NCBI RefSeq assembly: GCF_030684315.1
Contig: NC_081396.1
Location: 6,138,001 to 6,202,000, forward strand
Direction: 5' to 3'
DNA length: 64,000 nt
Source of the DNA: Stegostoma tigrinum
Taxonomy: Eukaryota
In this document: in pieces, positions 1 through 11,154 of the stretch
Position numbering within the stretch: the stretch's first letter is position 1
Layout of the letters: each line of letters starts with the position of its first letter
The notes under the pieces: model-generated
Seen by the model: the letters and a program-made list of their open reading frames with translations, nothing else
Told to the model about the DNA's origin: nothing
Databases searched by the model: none
Translations under genes and position numbers: made by a program

Positions 1-255
1 GGAGGTAGATATAGGGGAGACATCAGAGGTAGGTTCTTTACTCAGAGAGTGGTCGGGGCGTGGAATGCAGTGCCGGAGAGGGCAGTGGAGTTGGCCTCAT
101 TAGGGCCATTTAAGTGGCTATTAGATGGGCATATGGATGGTAGTACAAGGTTAGGGGCGGAGGTCAGATAGACCTTAGGTTTGGGGTAAAAGTTGGCACA
201 ACATCATGGGCCAAAGGGCCTGTACTGTGCTGTACTGTACTGTTCTGTGTTCTTC
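1..255 (+). mobile_element. 3' end fragment of CR1/HER1-type LINE
   Basis: Matches the 3' end of the longer CR1 copies here (TTCTTTACTCAGAGAGTGG...GGCACAACATC..GGGCCAAAGGGCCTGTACTGTGCTGT) and ends in a short tandem tail (TACTG/TTCTG). Confidence 0.85.
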
Positions 256-261
256 TGCGTT

Positions 262-375
262 CGAGTGACCCTTCCTCAGAACTGAGGAAAGTCAACTCTG
301 ACTTCTCTCTGCAGACCTGTTGAGCTTTTCCAGCAATTCCCGTTGTTTCTGACTTACATCCGCAGTTGGTTTTTA
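262..375. mobile_element. Short degenerate PLE-derived element (family 2, hammerhead-type terminus)
   Basis: GTGACCCTTCCTCAGAAC (reverse of the CTGAGGAAGGGTCAC core) followed by CAGACCTGTTGAGCTTTTCCAGCAATT; the same motif ends the PLE at 1368-2470. Confidence 0.6.
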
Positions 376-423
376 TCTGGTACTGCAAAGTGTCATTACC
401 GTAAGCCTCCTGGCTGTGGGGGT

Positions 424-897
424 TCAGTCCGGGGTGTGCTCGGTTGAGATCGCTGTCAGTCCGCTGTGTTGCGGCTGGTGGGATAACCGAGTGCACCGCT
501 TCCCGCACGCCGCGCAGCCGAACGGCCTCTCCCCGGTGTGGACCCGCCGGTGCCTCTGCAGGCTGCTGGACTGGGTGAACCACTTCCCACACTCGGGGCA
601 GGTGAACGGCCTCTCAGCGACGTGGACCTGCTGGTGTTTCAGCCGGCGGGACGACTGGGCGAAGCCCTTCCCGCAAACCGAGCAGGTGAACAGCCTCTTG
701 CCGGCGTGGCTGCGTCGGTGGGTCTCCAGCCGAGACGGGTATGTGAAACCTTTCCCGCAATCCTCGCACTTCCACTGCCTCTCCCCGGGTCGGCGGTACA
801 TCGTTACTTCTGTGTGAGACTTTCCGCTCCCTGAAACGCAACGGCGCTCAGCTCGTAACTCCGGCAGCTCCTGACTCCGAAATCCGGCCCTTCTCAT
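424..897 (-). CDS. C2H2 zinc-finger protein (3 complete fingers + 1 degenerate), no KRAB; possibly a truncated paralog
   Basis: CxxC-x12-HxxxH repeats with TGERP-like linkers. Splice acceptor TTTTACTTTCACAG just upstream (AG at 902-901) and an in-frame ATG at 897. Confidence 0.75.
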   Translation of the reverse strand: MRRAGFRSQELPELRAERRCVSGSGKSHTEVTMYRRPGERQWKCEDCGKGFTYPSRLETHRRSHAGKRLFTCSVCGKGFAQSSRRLKHQQVHVAERPFTCPECGKWFTQSSSLQRHRRVHTGERPFGCAACGKRCTRLSHQPQHSGLTAISTEHTPD

Positions 898-934
898 GCC
901 CTGTGAAAGTAAAACAGAGAAAGGTGGTGAAGAG

Positions 935-1128
935 AGAATAACCAGGTGTGGAGCTGGATGAACGCAGCAGACCAAGCAGCCTCAGAGGGGCAGGAAAGGT
1001 GACGTTTCGGGTCTGGACCCTTCTTCGGAAATTCAGCAGTTCCTACTGTCTCTGAGCCGGTTTTTAACCCCACCGCGAAGCCCCTTCTATCTCGGATTCT
1101 CCAGCATTGGCAATTCCTACTATCTCTG
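935..1128. mobile_element. Short fold-back PLE terminal fragment
   Basis: GTGTGGAGCTGGATGAACGCAGC...GACGTTTCGGGTCTGGACCCTTC (inverted PLE 3' end) followed by GGATTCTCCAGCA...TTCCTACTATCTCTGA (PLE tail). Confidence 0.7.
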
Positions 1129-1367
1129 AAGATCATGACAAGGACTTTTGCTGTGCTAGGTTGTCAAGTTGTGCAGTGATTGAATCTGGTCACTCGTGGG
1201 GCCGACATGAGTCACAGAGAAGTCCACAGCATGGAGACAGGCCCTTCGGCCCAACTTGTCCCTGCTGCCCAGTTTTCACAACTCCAACTAGTCCCATTTG
1301 CCCGTGTCTGGTCTATATCCCTCCATACCCGTGCTATCTGTCTACCTGTCTAAATGTTTCTTAAACA

Positions 1368-2470
1368 TAAACAGGAGTTTGCTGGAGAAGCTCAGCAGGT
1401 CTGGCAGCATCTGTAGAGAGAAATCAAGAGCTAGGGTTTCGGGGCCAGTGACCCTTCCTCAGAACTGATGGTGGCTGGGAAAATGTCAGTTTATGTGCAG
1501 AAGATAAGCTCGGGGTAAGGAGTAGATGGTAGGCCGGGATAGAGCCCAAAGAGAGAGAGAACAGTTGGATACTCAAAGGAGTGAGTAATGATCTGGCTAG
1601 GAGGGTGAATGGCTGTTAATGGAGGCTGTTTGTGGCTAACAGTGGGTGGTGTGTAATAACAAATTATAGGATAACAAGGCCTAGAGTGCACAGATTGTTG
1701 GGGTCAGGACATGGGAGAGCTCAAAAACCCTGAAGTTACTGAACTTGATATTGAGTTCAGAAGGCTGCAGGGTCCCCAAGCAGAAAATGAGACGCTGTTC
1801 TCCCAGCTTGCGTTGAGCTTTGCTGGAGGACTGCAGCAAGCCTGAGACAGAGATATTGTCCAGGGAGCAGGGTGGTGAGTTGAAGTGGCAGGCAACTGGA
1901 AGCTCAGCGTCTTTTTGTGGACACAACATAGATGTTCTACAAAGCAGCCACACTTTGTTTCCCCAAGGTAGAGGAGGCCAGGCTGTGGCAGCGAATGCAG
2001 TAAACCAAAGTGTGGGAAGTGCAGGTGAAGTGCTACATCACCTGGAGGGTATGTTTGGGCCGTTTGATACAGAGGAGGTAAACAGATTGGTGTTACACAT
2101 TCTGCGGGTGCAGTGGAAGATGCTATGAGGCTGTGGGGGTTGGTGTTGGGAGTGAAGGAAGAGTGGACCAGGGTGTTCTGGAGGGAATGGTTCCTGTAGA
2201 AGCTGGACAAGGGAGGGGTGAGGAATATTTGTCTGGTGGTGGCATCTCGTTGGAGGTGGCACAAATGGTGGTTAATGATCCTCTACATCTGGATGCTTGT
2301 GGGACGCTAGGTAAGGACAAGGGAGATTCTACTGCTGTTGCTGAAGGGAAGACAGGGTATACGGGCTGAAGTGCAGGAGACGGGTCAGATCCTGCTGAGG
2401 GCCCTGTCAACAACAGTGCTGGGGAATCCTCGATTGAGGAAGAAAGTGGACATGTCAGCGGCCCCTCTGT
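1368..2470 (-). mobile_element. Decayed Penelope-like element (family 2): RT C-terminus + GIY-YIG
   Basis: Minus-strand ORF fragments LYLGETK, ELPVACHFNSPP and RKLGEQRLIFCLGTLQP are homologous to the PLE at 4882-6269; hammerhead-type 3' terminus near 1435-1465. Confidence 0.85.
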
Positions 2471-3189
2471 GAAAGTTTCTTCGGTTGTACTCGCCACCAC
2501 CACTGACCTCTGGAATCCCTTCCCAGACACGCACCAACCTCTGTGCGAAAAAAAAAACTGCCACATCAGACCCTTCTTGCACCTCTTCCCCTCTCACCTT
2601 TAACCTATGCCCTATGAAGAAGAAGTGACCACAAAGTCTGCTGCACTATTGCAAAAAGTCAATTGATTCCCTCATGTCCATCAATGAAGGGCTGAACCGA
2701 CAAAACAGCTGATCTCTTTGAGAGGAGAGGCAGAGAGACAAGACACAAAGGGTGAAGGAGAGATGTCCTCAATCTTCAGCTTGACCAGAATTGACAGATT
2801 CTTCCAAAAGGACTAACTTGCGACTGCTCAAAGGATCAGAGCGGTAGATGTTGGTCAACACTATTACTTCCAAGCACCCTTTTAAGCCAGTCTGCATTCT
2901 TACTTTGAAATGTCCCTCTGTCAGAGCACACTGAGTCTACCTACTGCAGCGATTCCAGAAGGCAGCTTATCACCATCTTCTCAAAGGGGGTAACAAGGAA
3001 GAGACAATAAATGCTGGACCAGCTAGCAACACCACAGTTGAATTTAAAAAAAACTCAGAAGGGAGATGATTCACAGCATAGGGAAGACAGATCCTGACCG
3101 TGGAAGATCCTGTGGGATGAAAAAGCTGGAAAACCTGCAGGACACAGTCAGGGTTGGGCAGCAACTTCATTTGGACGCAGTTGACTGAG

Positions 3190-4400
3190 GAAAGAACGTG
3201 TGGTATTTTGGAAAGGCAAATCAGGGCAGGCCTTATATACTTAATGGTATAGTCTTGGGGAGTTTTGCCAAACAGAGAGACCTTAGGTGCAAGTGCATTC
3301 GTTCCTTGAAGGTGGAGTCACAGGTAGACAAGATTTTCGAAGGGTCTAGGCCCAAAACATTGACTCTCCTACTTCTGTGATGCTCCGTGATCCGCTGCAT
3401 TCCTCCAGCTCCACACCGTATTGACTATGACTTCAGCATCTGAAGTCCTTGCTACCTCATGGTGAAGGACGTGTTAGGTATGCTTGCCTTTAATGGTCAG
3501 TGTGCTGAGTATAAGATTAGGACATCATGTTGCAGCTGTACAGGACATTGGTTAGCCAACTTTTGTTCCAATAAAGATTTTGTTAAACTTGAAAGGGTGC
3601 AGTAAAGATTTATGAGGGCATTGCCAGGGTTGAACAGTGTGAGCTAAAAAGAGAGACTGGATAGGCTGGGCTATTTTCTCTGGAGCGTCGGAGGCTGAGG
3701 AGTCACATTTTAGAAGTTAGTAAAATCATGAGGGGCATAGATAAGGTGAATGGCCAGTGCTTTTCCCTAGGGTGAGAGATTTCAAGAAGTGAGGGCATAT
3801 ATTTTAGGGTGACAGGAAAAAGATTAAAAAGGGCATGAGTAGCAATTTTTTTTCCCCTTATAGAGGTTTATAAAATCATGGGGGTATAGATAGGGTTAAT
3901 GCCAGGTGTAATTCTCGATCTTCGGGAAAGGACAAGACCAGAGGGCAAATTTTAAGGGTGAGAGGAGTCAGATTTAAAAAAAGACATGGGGCAATATTTT
4001 TACGCAGAGGATGGTCCGTGTGTGGAATGAGCTTCCAGAGGAAGTGGTGGATATGGGCACAGTTACAATGTTTAAAAGACAGATGAATAAGTACATGAAG
4101 TGGAAAGGTTTGGAACGATCTGAGCCAGGACCAGGCAGATGGGACTGGTTGAATTTGGGATTATGTTCAGCACGGACTGATTGGATTAAAGGGTCTTTTT
4201 CCATGCTGTATGAATCTATAAGTGATAAAGTTTTGGAACTCCATGCTTACACTCAAAGCCAGTCACAGTGGATTGTGAAATGTTTGGAGGGATATGGACC
4301 AAGTGCAGGGAGGTGGGAATAGTTTAGTTTGGAATTATGATCAGCATGGTCCTTTGATTAGGACCGAAGGGTCTGTTTCTGTATTGTATGACTCGAGTGA
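3190..4400 (+). mobile_element. Several decayed CR1/HER1 LINE 3' fragments, interrupted by a PLE terminal fragment at about 3335-3458
   Basis: Translations WYFGKANQGRPY and VRVWNELPEEVV are typical of the CR1 ORF2 C-terminus. Confidence 0.8.
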
Positions 4401-4589
4401 GGCTATGATTCCATAACTATAACAAGGACCCGATGAATTGGGTCATGCTTTAAAATCTTGATGTGATGTTTAGTTTGAGTCTCCCATCTGCAAACTCTCT
4501 TCTAACATACAATGTTTTAAGAAAAAGTTCACAGAAGCTATCACAGTCAGTTTAGAATAGAAATTCAGGAGAGACAGGAAATTCAGGAC

Positions 4590-4755
4590 AAACATTTCTC
4601 TTGGAGAGACAGCAGGTTTAACATTTCTAGTCCAGTGACATATTTTTGGAACTAGCCTCTTCTGAAAGGGGTCACTGGACTCAAAACATTAACTCTGCTT
4701 TCTCTCCATGGATAATACCAGACACGCTGAGCTTCACAGCAATTTCTGTTCCTGC
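4590..4755. mobile_element. Degenerate inverted pair of family-2 PLE termini
   Basis: TTAACATTTCTAGTCCAGTGAC is mirrored by GTCACTGGACTCAAAACATTAAC, then TCTGCTTTCTCTCC...GCTGAGCTT. Confidence 0.6.
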
Positions 4756-4881
4756 AGGTTTTTGTTTTAATGCTAACCTTCCTTCATGATTTGAGTTTGC
4801 TGTGTGAAATTCCGAACCCCTGAGAAAAAAAATGAGTTTTTAAAATCCATCCCTGCCAGACCAAGGACAGACATTCACCAT

Positions 4882-6269
4882 GCTTGTAACTGATGTCCTC
4901 CATCTCAGGCAACCAGCTTGTAACTGATGTCCATTTCAAGCCCACCGACTCCCACAGCTACCTAGAATACACCACCTCCCACCCACCCTCCTGCAAAAAT
5001 TCCATCCCCCATTCCCAATTCCTCCGCCTACGCCACATCTGCTCCTACGATGAGGCATTCCACTCCCGCACATCCCAGATGTCCAAGTTCTTCAAGGACC
5101 GCAACTTTCCCCCCACAGTGGTCGAGAACGCCCTTGACCGCATCTCCCGCATTTCCCGCAACACATCCCTCACACCCCGCGCCTGCCACAACCGCTCAAA
5201 GAGGATCCCCCTCATTCTCACACACCACCCCACCAACCTCTGGATACAACGCATCATCCTCCGACACTTCCGCCCTCTACAATCCGACCCCACCACCCAA
5301 GACATTTTTCCATCCCTACCCCTGTCTGCTTTCCGGAGAGACCACTCTCCCCATGATTCCCTTGTTCGCTCCACACTGCCCTCCAACCCCACCACACCCG
5401 GCACCTTCCCCTGCAACCGCAGGAAATGCTACACTTGCCCCCACACCTCCTCCCTCACCCCATCCCAGGACCCAAGATGACTTTCCACATTAAGCAGAGG
5501 TTCACCTGCACATCTGCCAATGTGGTATACTGCATCCACTGTACCCGGTGTGGCTTCCTCTACATTGGGGAAACCAAGCGGAGGCTTGGGGACCGCTTTG
5601 CAGAACACCTCCGCTCGGTTTGCAATAAACAACTGCACCTCCCAGTTGCCAACCATTTGCACTCCCCCTCCCATTCTTTAGATGACATGTCCATCATGGG
5701 CCTCCTGCAGTGCCACAACGATGCCACCCGAAGGTTGCAGGAACAGCAACTCATATTCCGCTTGGAAACCCCGCAGCCCAAAGGTATCAATGTGGACTTC
5801 ACCAGCTTCAAAATCTCCCCTTCCCCCACCGCATCCCAAAACCAGCCCAGTTCGTCCCCTTCCCCCACTGCACCACACAACCAGCCCAGCTCTTCCCCTC
5901 CACCCACTGCATCCCAAAACCAGTCCAACCTGTCTCTGCCTCCCTAACCTGTTCTTCCTCTCACCCATCCCTTCCTCCCACCCCAAGCCGCACCTCCATC
6001 TCCTACCTACTAACCTCATCCCACCACCTTGACCTGTCCGTCTTCCCTGGACTGACCTATCCCCTCCCTACATCCCCACCTCTACTCTCCTCTCCACCTA
6101 TCTTCTTTTCTCTCCATCTTCGGTCCGCCTCCCCCCCTCTCCCTATTTATTCCAGAACCCTCACCCCATCCCCCTCTCTGATGAGGGGTCTAGGCCCGAA
6201 ACGTCAGCTTTTGTGCTCCTGAGATGCTGCTGGGCCTGCTGTGTTCATCCAGCCTCACATTTTGTTATC
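4882..6269 (+). mobile_element. 5'-truncated Penelope-like retroelement (Neptune-like): RT C-terminal region, Cys-rich linker, GIY-YIG endonuclease
   Basis: ORF 4893-5480 (TDVHFKPTDSHSYL...SQFLRLRHIC...PCNRRKCYTCPH) is frameshifted into 5426-5947 (NVVYCIHCTRCGFLYIGETKRRLGDRFAEH). The 15-bp TSD ACAGACATTCACCAT lies at 4867-4881 and 6270-6284. Confidence 0.92.
6178..6205 (+). ncRNA. Minimal type I hammerhead ribozyme motif in the PLE 3' end
   Basis: CTGATGA-GGGGTCTAGGCCC-GAAA-C-GTC: conserved core, stem II, palindromic ACGT stem III and a GUC cleavage triplet. Confidence 0.8.
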
Positions 6270-6499
6270 ACAGACATTCACCATATTCTCTCTCCTGGTC
6301 CAGGATGACGGGCGCTTTGGGTCTTCTAGCGACTGAACAGATACATGGGGCATGGTGTGATTGCATGAGGTAGCATGTTCCAGAGCGCAGGAATTGCTTC
6401 TTTCTCTCTCTGCCCCAACATTGACACCTTGGGACCCAGGGCCTGGAGCAGTTTTGATGGACAAGTTGCTCTCATCGTGACATCATAAACATTCCAAAG

Positions 6500-6880
6500 C
6501 TACTGCCCCCTACAAAGATGGCGGACGCCGCGCGAGCTCCCTGTTGTCCATTGCCCCCTATAAAGATGGTGGCCGTTAGCCCAGGGCCTACCGTTGGAAG
6601 GAAGTCCCACTCTATCGCCGCTTTGAAGCAAAGCTGAGGGCCGCAGCTTGCTTATTCGGGATTGGCCGCGTACACAGAGCGTTGACGAAGTCTCCTCAAA
6701 TGCCGACCCGGTCCGCTGCCTCTTCCGCTCCGCCTCAAACCTACCTTCTGTTCTGGTGGAGCCGAGAAAAAGAACCGTCGCTGCTCCACAGCATCATTCA
6801 CTGCGCATGCTCCGGATGTGGGAGGCAATGAGCATGTGCGCGATCCAGTTGGTGGGAGGGGACTGGGCATGTGCAGCTCT
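6500..6880 (-). promoter_or_regulatory. CpG-island promoter and non-coding first exon (cassette copy 1), probably for the ZNF at 424-897
   Basis: NRF1-like GCATGCGCAG, donor CAGAAG|GTAGGT at 6745/6744, YY1-like AAAGATGGCGG at about 6515 and AAAGATGGTGG at about 6561; aligns by eye with 9490-9920 and 23365-23820. Confidence 0.65.
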
Positions 6881-7249
6881 GCAAATGGATAGAGAGGGAG
6901 GAACGTGAGGCGGCCGTTCGGCGAGATCTGTGGCACACCTCCACATGCCTGCCTCTGGCTTTCTTTTTGTTAAGCAATAGGTGCCCATCTCACGTTGAAA
7001 TGTGGGGGTCGAGTGAGAGCAAGAGGGAGAGGATATGGGGTGAGTGAGAGTGACAGAATGGGAGGGGGACAGTAAGAACCACAGCGTGGAAAAAGTCACC
7101 TCAAACCTGCGTATTCTGCCTGATTTCTGGTCATTTGTTTTTTAGCCTTAACCAAGACAGACAAGGATGAAGGCTCTGGTTAAGTGGTTAATGTCAAAAC
7201 TCTCCCCTTCTGTCTGCCTCTGTCTATCTGTCTATCTCACCCCTCCCCC

Positions 7250-8450
7250 TCCCTGCACCTGCACCCCTAGGTCCTTCTGTTTTAAAACACTATCCAAGGC
7301 TCTATCATTCATTGTATAAGCCCTACCCTTGTTTGTTGTACCAAAATGCAATACCTTGATTAAGTTCTTTGATGAAGTGACACAGGCAGTGGCTGAGGTT
7401 AGTGTCACAGAAATGGTATATTTGAACTTACAGAAAGCATTTGATACCATGCCACATGGCATGTTGGTATCAAATTAGAAATCGTTGGGATTGATAAATC
7501 CATGGCAACATAGATTAGAAGTTGGCTAAAAGATAAGAAACAGAGTGTAAACACAGATGGACATTTCTCAGATTTGAGACAGGTTGAAAGTGGCGTTGGC
7601 ACTGGGAGCCTTGCTTTCTTCTGATTTCATTAAATGATTTGAAGATTGGTGTTGAGAGCAAAATATCTAAATTTGCAGATGATTCTAGGCGAGAAAGAAT
7701 AGTGAATTGAGAGGATGGCACTGGGAGAAACCATGACAATTTGGCCAAGTGAGCTGACACTTGGCAGATGAATTTCAATGGAGAGAAATGTGAGGTAATG
7801 CTTTTTGGAAGAAGAAACACGGAAAATACAAGGTCAATGGTACAAATTTGAGGGGAGTACAGGGGCAGAGGGACCTTGGGTTTCACGTGCAAAATCTCTG
7901 AAGGTGGTCAGGAAAGTTGAAACAGTGTTAAGAAGGCTTATAAGATCCTTGGGTTTATAAATAGAGACACTTGTGCTGCTTTTATTCTGGGACGGCAGGA
8001 TGGCTCAGTGGTTAGCACTGCTGCCTCACAGCACTAGGGACCTGGGTTCGATTCCACCCTTGGACAACTGTATGGATGGAGTTTGCATGCTTGCCGCCAT
8101 GTCTGCATGGGTTTTCTCCAACTGACAGTCCAAAGATATGCAGGCAAGTGGATTGGCCATGCTAAATTGCCCATAATGCTCAGGGATGTGTGGCTCAGGT
8201 GGGTTATAGGGTGGGAGTCCACATGGGATGCTCGGAGGATTGGTGCCAACTTGTTGGGCCAAAGGGCCTGTTTTCACACTGTCAGGATTCCATGATACAT
8301 AGAGGATAAAAGCAAGGAAGTGATGCTACATCTCTACAAGTCATCGGTCAGACCACATTTGGAATATTGTGTTCAGATCTAGTCACCGTATTTAGGGAAG
8401 GATGTTGAAGTGCTGGAGAGAGTACAAAGGAGATTTACTAGAATGCTGTT
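7250..8450. mobile_element. Old CR1 LINE fragments (minus 7250-7360, plus 7360-8450)
   Basis: AAAGCATTTGATAC (KAFD), AAATTTGCAGATGA (KFADD) and CCACATTTGGAATATTGTGTTCAG (PHLEYCVQ). Confidence 0.75.
7991..8292 (+). mobile_element. HE1-type tRNA-derived V-SINE
   Basis: Pol III A box TGGCTCAGTGG, B box GGTTCGATTCC, central GGATTGGCCATGCTAAATTGCCC and a CR1-like tail GGGCCAAAGGGCCTGTTT. Confidence 0.85.
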
Positions 8451-9169
8451 TAAGGGGCAGGATATAGCCTCCCTACGTTTCTGTCAGACTATGTTTGGTG
8501 TAATGGTGAAAGAGCAACAACCTGCTGATTTGAATCTGCAGTTGCCACTTTTTTCTGACACCAAGCGATTGGAAAGTGCAGGTTAAAATCCCACTTCTAA
8601 CGCCTGTTTCATTCATTCTGGAGCCTTGGAAAGGAGAATCATTGATGGGCTTGATTCCTTGTCTGAAGTGTGACTTCAACTGACCGCTATTAACAGAGGT
8701 CTCACTGCAGGAGACTTCAATGATCGTTTAATGATCATTAAATGTTCTCTAATGATCTTAATGATCAGAAATACAGGCAGGTTTGAAGACGCTTTCTAAC
8801 AATCAGGGATGAAACAGGAATAAGTGAAAGTTACTCAGTTAGGCTTGTGTACAGACTGTAGAATGAGAGAAAGCATGTTCCACGGTATTGAGTTAAGACT
8901 TAACTTTATCGATACTGCATGAATGGCCAGAATGGTTCCTGGCTAAAATGTCAAACAGTGAACTATTCTTCCATCCATTCCCTCATTCCCTCTTTTCTCA
9001 CTGTTGAATTATCCACTTTTCCACGCTCACTCCTTCACTGACATATCAGAACAACTCCCAGTAACGAATCATAGCGTTATTGATTTTTTTTTTTGCATCG
9101 GGACACTCAGTGGATAGCCATCATCCGCAAAACGAGGGGGGCCTTTATTGGTCAGCACGTTAAGTCTAG

Positions 9170-9333
9170 GATAACAAAGTGTGAGGCTGGATGAGCACAG
9201 CAGGCCAAGCAGCATCTCAGGAGCACAAAAGCTGACGTTTCGGGATGAAGGGTCTAGGCCCGAAACGTCAGCTTTTGTGCTCCTAAGATGCTGCTTGGCC
9301 TGCTGTGTTCCTCCAGCTCCACACTTTATTATC
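9170..9333. mobile_element. Miniature fold-back PLE derivative (about 75-bp arms, 14-nt loop)
   Basis: GATAACAAAGTGTG...GACGTTTCGGG / ATGAAGGGTCTAGG / CCCGAAACGTC...CACACTTTATTATC. Confidence 0.9.
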
Positions 9334-9489
9334 TTCTGTCTATTGTGAACTTAACCGTCGTCAAACACCTTCCTATTTTTGTCCCAAAAGTTTAAAAAGA
9401 ATTATCTTCGCAAAATTGGGCTTAAAAAGTGGCCTACATCGTATTTTAAGGTATAATTTACTGCAGAATGAAAAATACGTTGCATGGCA

Positions 9490-9920
9490 CTGCTTTCACC
9501 CAGCATTCTCCGCGGTTGGGAATGTCCCCTAGCTACAGTATTAGTAATCAATGCGCATGCGTTTTGCGTGACAGGCCGAGGATCCGGAGCTTTTTCTCCG
9601 CCTCGGCTCAAACAAAAGGTAAAGATGAGGCGGCGTGGAGGTGTCGATGCACGGGTATGTAGACCGGGAGGCTTTGTAAATACTTTACTTAGGTGCTAAA
9701 CCACAGGCCCCCTCTCCAGAATTTTAAAAAAAAACACGTTTATCGCGCCAACAACGGGAGGCGCCTGAAAGCTCCTTCGCCGGCAACGGGCGGCGGGTTG
9801 ACGGCCACCATCTTTGTAAGGGGCAAGCGCGCGCGGGCCTCCGCCATGCTTGTCAGGGGCGATGTGCGCCATCTTGGCCGGCGTTGTGAGCGCCAGTGCG
9901 CAGGCGTGGCGGCCATGTTT
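9490..9920 (+). promoter_or_regulatory. CpG-island promoter and first exon (cassette copy 2)
   Basis: Staf-like TCACCCAGCATTCTCCGCG, NRF1-like TGCGCATGCG, donor CAAAAG|GTAAAG (GT at 9619), several intronic YY1-like GCCATCTT/GCCATG sites. Confidence 0.65.
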
Positions 9921-9945
9921 CAAATGGGACAATGGTTTGGGAATT

Positions 9946-10095
9946 CCAAGCTAATAAAGTGTGAAGCTGGATGAACACAACAGGCCCAGCAGCATCTCAG
10001 GTGCACAGAAGCTGACGTTTCGGGCCTAGACCCTTCGTCAGAGCCTCACATTTTATTATCTTGGAATTCTCCAGCATCTGCAGTTCCCATTATCT
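9946..10095. mobile_element. Short fold-back PLE derivative with a minus-strand hammerhead core (10014-10041)
   Basis: Inverted PLE end plus tail; 14-bp TSD ATGGTTTGGGAATT at 9932-9945 and 10096-10109. Confidence 0.88.
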
Positions 10096-10417
10096 ATGGT
10101 TTGGGAATTGATACTTTTTGTGATGTCACAATGGAGGGGCGGGGTGACAACTTGTCTATCAAAACTGCTCCACGCCCTGGGGCCCCCAAGGCCTCAGTGT
10201 TGAGATAGATCCATATCAATGGAGGGGAGAGAGAAAAGCCCTGTTTCCTGCACTCTGCACCACGCCACCTCATGCGTTAAGATCCTTCCCTCTCTGTCCA
10301 TTGACTTGGAGACCTGTCGAGTGGCTGGAAGACCCACAGCGCCGACTCGGGACACTCAGTAGACAGCCATCATCCGCAAACCAAGGGGGTCTTTATTGGT
10401 CAGCACGTTAAGTCTAG

Positions 10418-10620
10418 GATAACAAAGTGTGGGGCTGGATGAACACAGCAGGCCAAGCAGCATCTCAGGAGCACAAAAGCTGACGTTTCGGGATGAAGGG
10501 TCTAGGCCCGAAACGTCAGCTTTTGTGCTCCTAAGACGCTGCTTGGCCTGCTGTGTTCATCCAGCCACACACTTTATTATCTTAGATTCTCCAGCATCTG
10601 CAGTTCCCATTATCACTGAT
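10418..10620. mobile_element. Miniature fold-back PLE derivative with 3' tail
   Basis: Same hairpin junction as 9170-9333, plus tail TTAGATTCTCCAGCATCTGCAGTTCCCATTATCACTGAT; TSD CAC(G/A)TTAAGTCTAG at 10404 and 10621. Confidence 0.9.
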
Positions 10621-11154
10621 CACATTAAGTCTAGGAGTTGGGTGTCTGTTGGATGCGTGCAGGACACTAGTTAGGCCACTTTTGGAATACTGCACTCAGT
10701 TCTGGTCTCCCTGCTGCAGCAAATATGTTGTTAAATTTGAAAGGGCGCAGAAAAGACTTACAGGGACTGAAGGGTTCGAACTACGGGGAGAGGCTGAATA
10801 GGCTGGTGTTATTTCCCTGGAGCATAGGCAGCTCAGGTGGGGACCTGTTGAGGTTCATAAAATGATGAGGGGTATGGATAGAGTGAATAGCCAAGGCCTT
10901 TCTCCCCAGGGTAGGGGAGAAAGTGGTGGAGGCTGGTACAATAGCAAGATTTAAAGGGGAGCATAACTAGAAAGGGATATGGGCCAAATGTTGGCAAATG
11001 GGACAAAATTAATTTAGGATATCTGATCGTCATGGACAAGTCGGAAGAAAGGGTCTGCTTCCATGCTGTATGACTGTATGTGCCACTGGGCAGCCTTGCA
11101 AAGTTAGAAATGTGGACCACCTGTCACCTTGGGCCGGGAGAGAAAGTATTGTGT

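Noticed and set aside
4893-5947. Programmed frameshift between the PLE RT-linker and GIY-YIG frames
   Set aside because: The copy at 22109-23186 has the extra base at this point (CCCCTATCCCAGG versus CCCCATCCCAGG), so this is a private 1-nt deletion.
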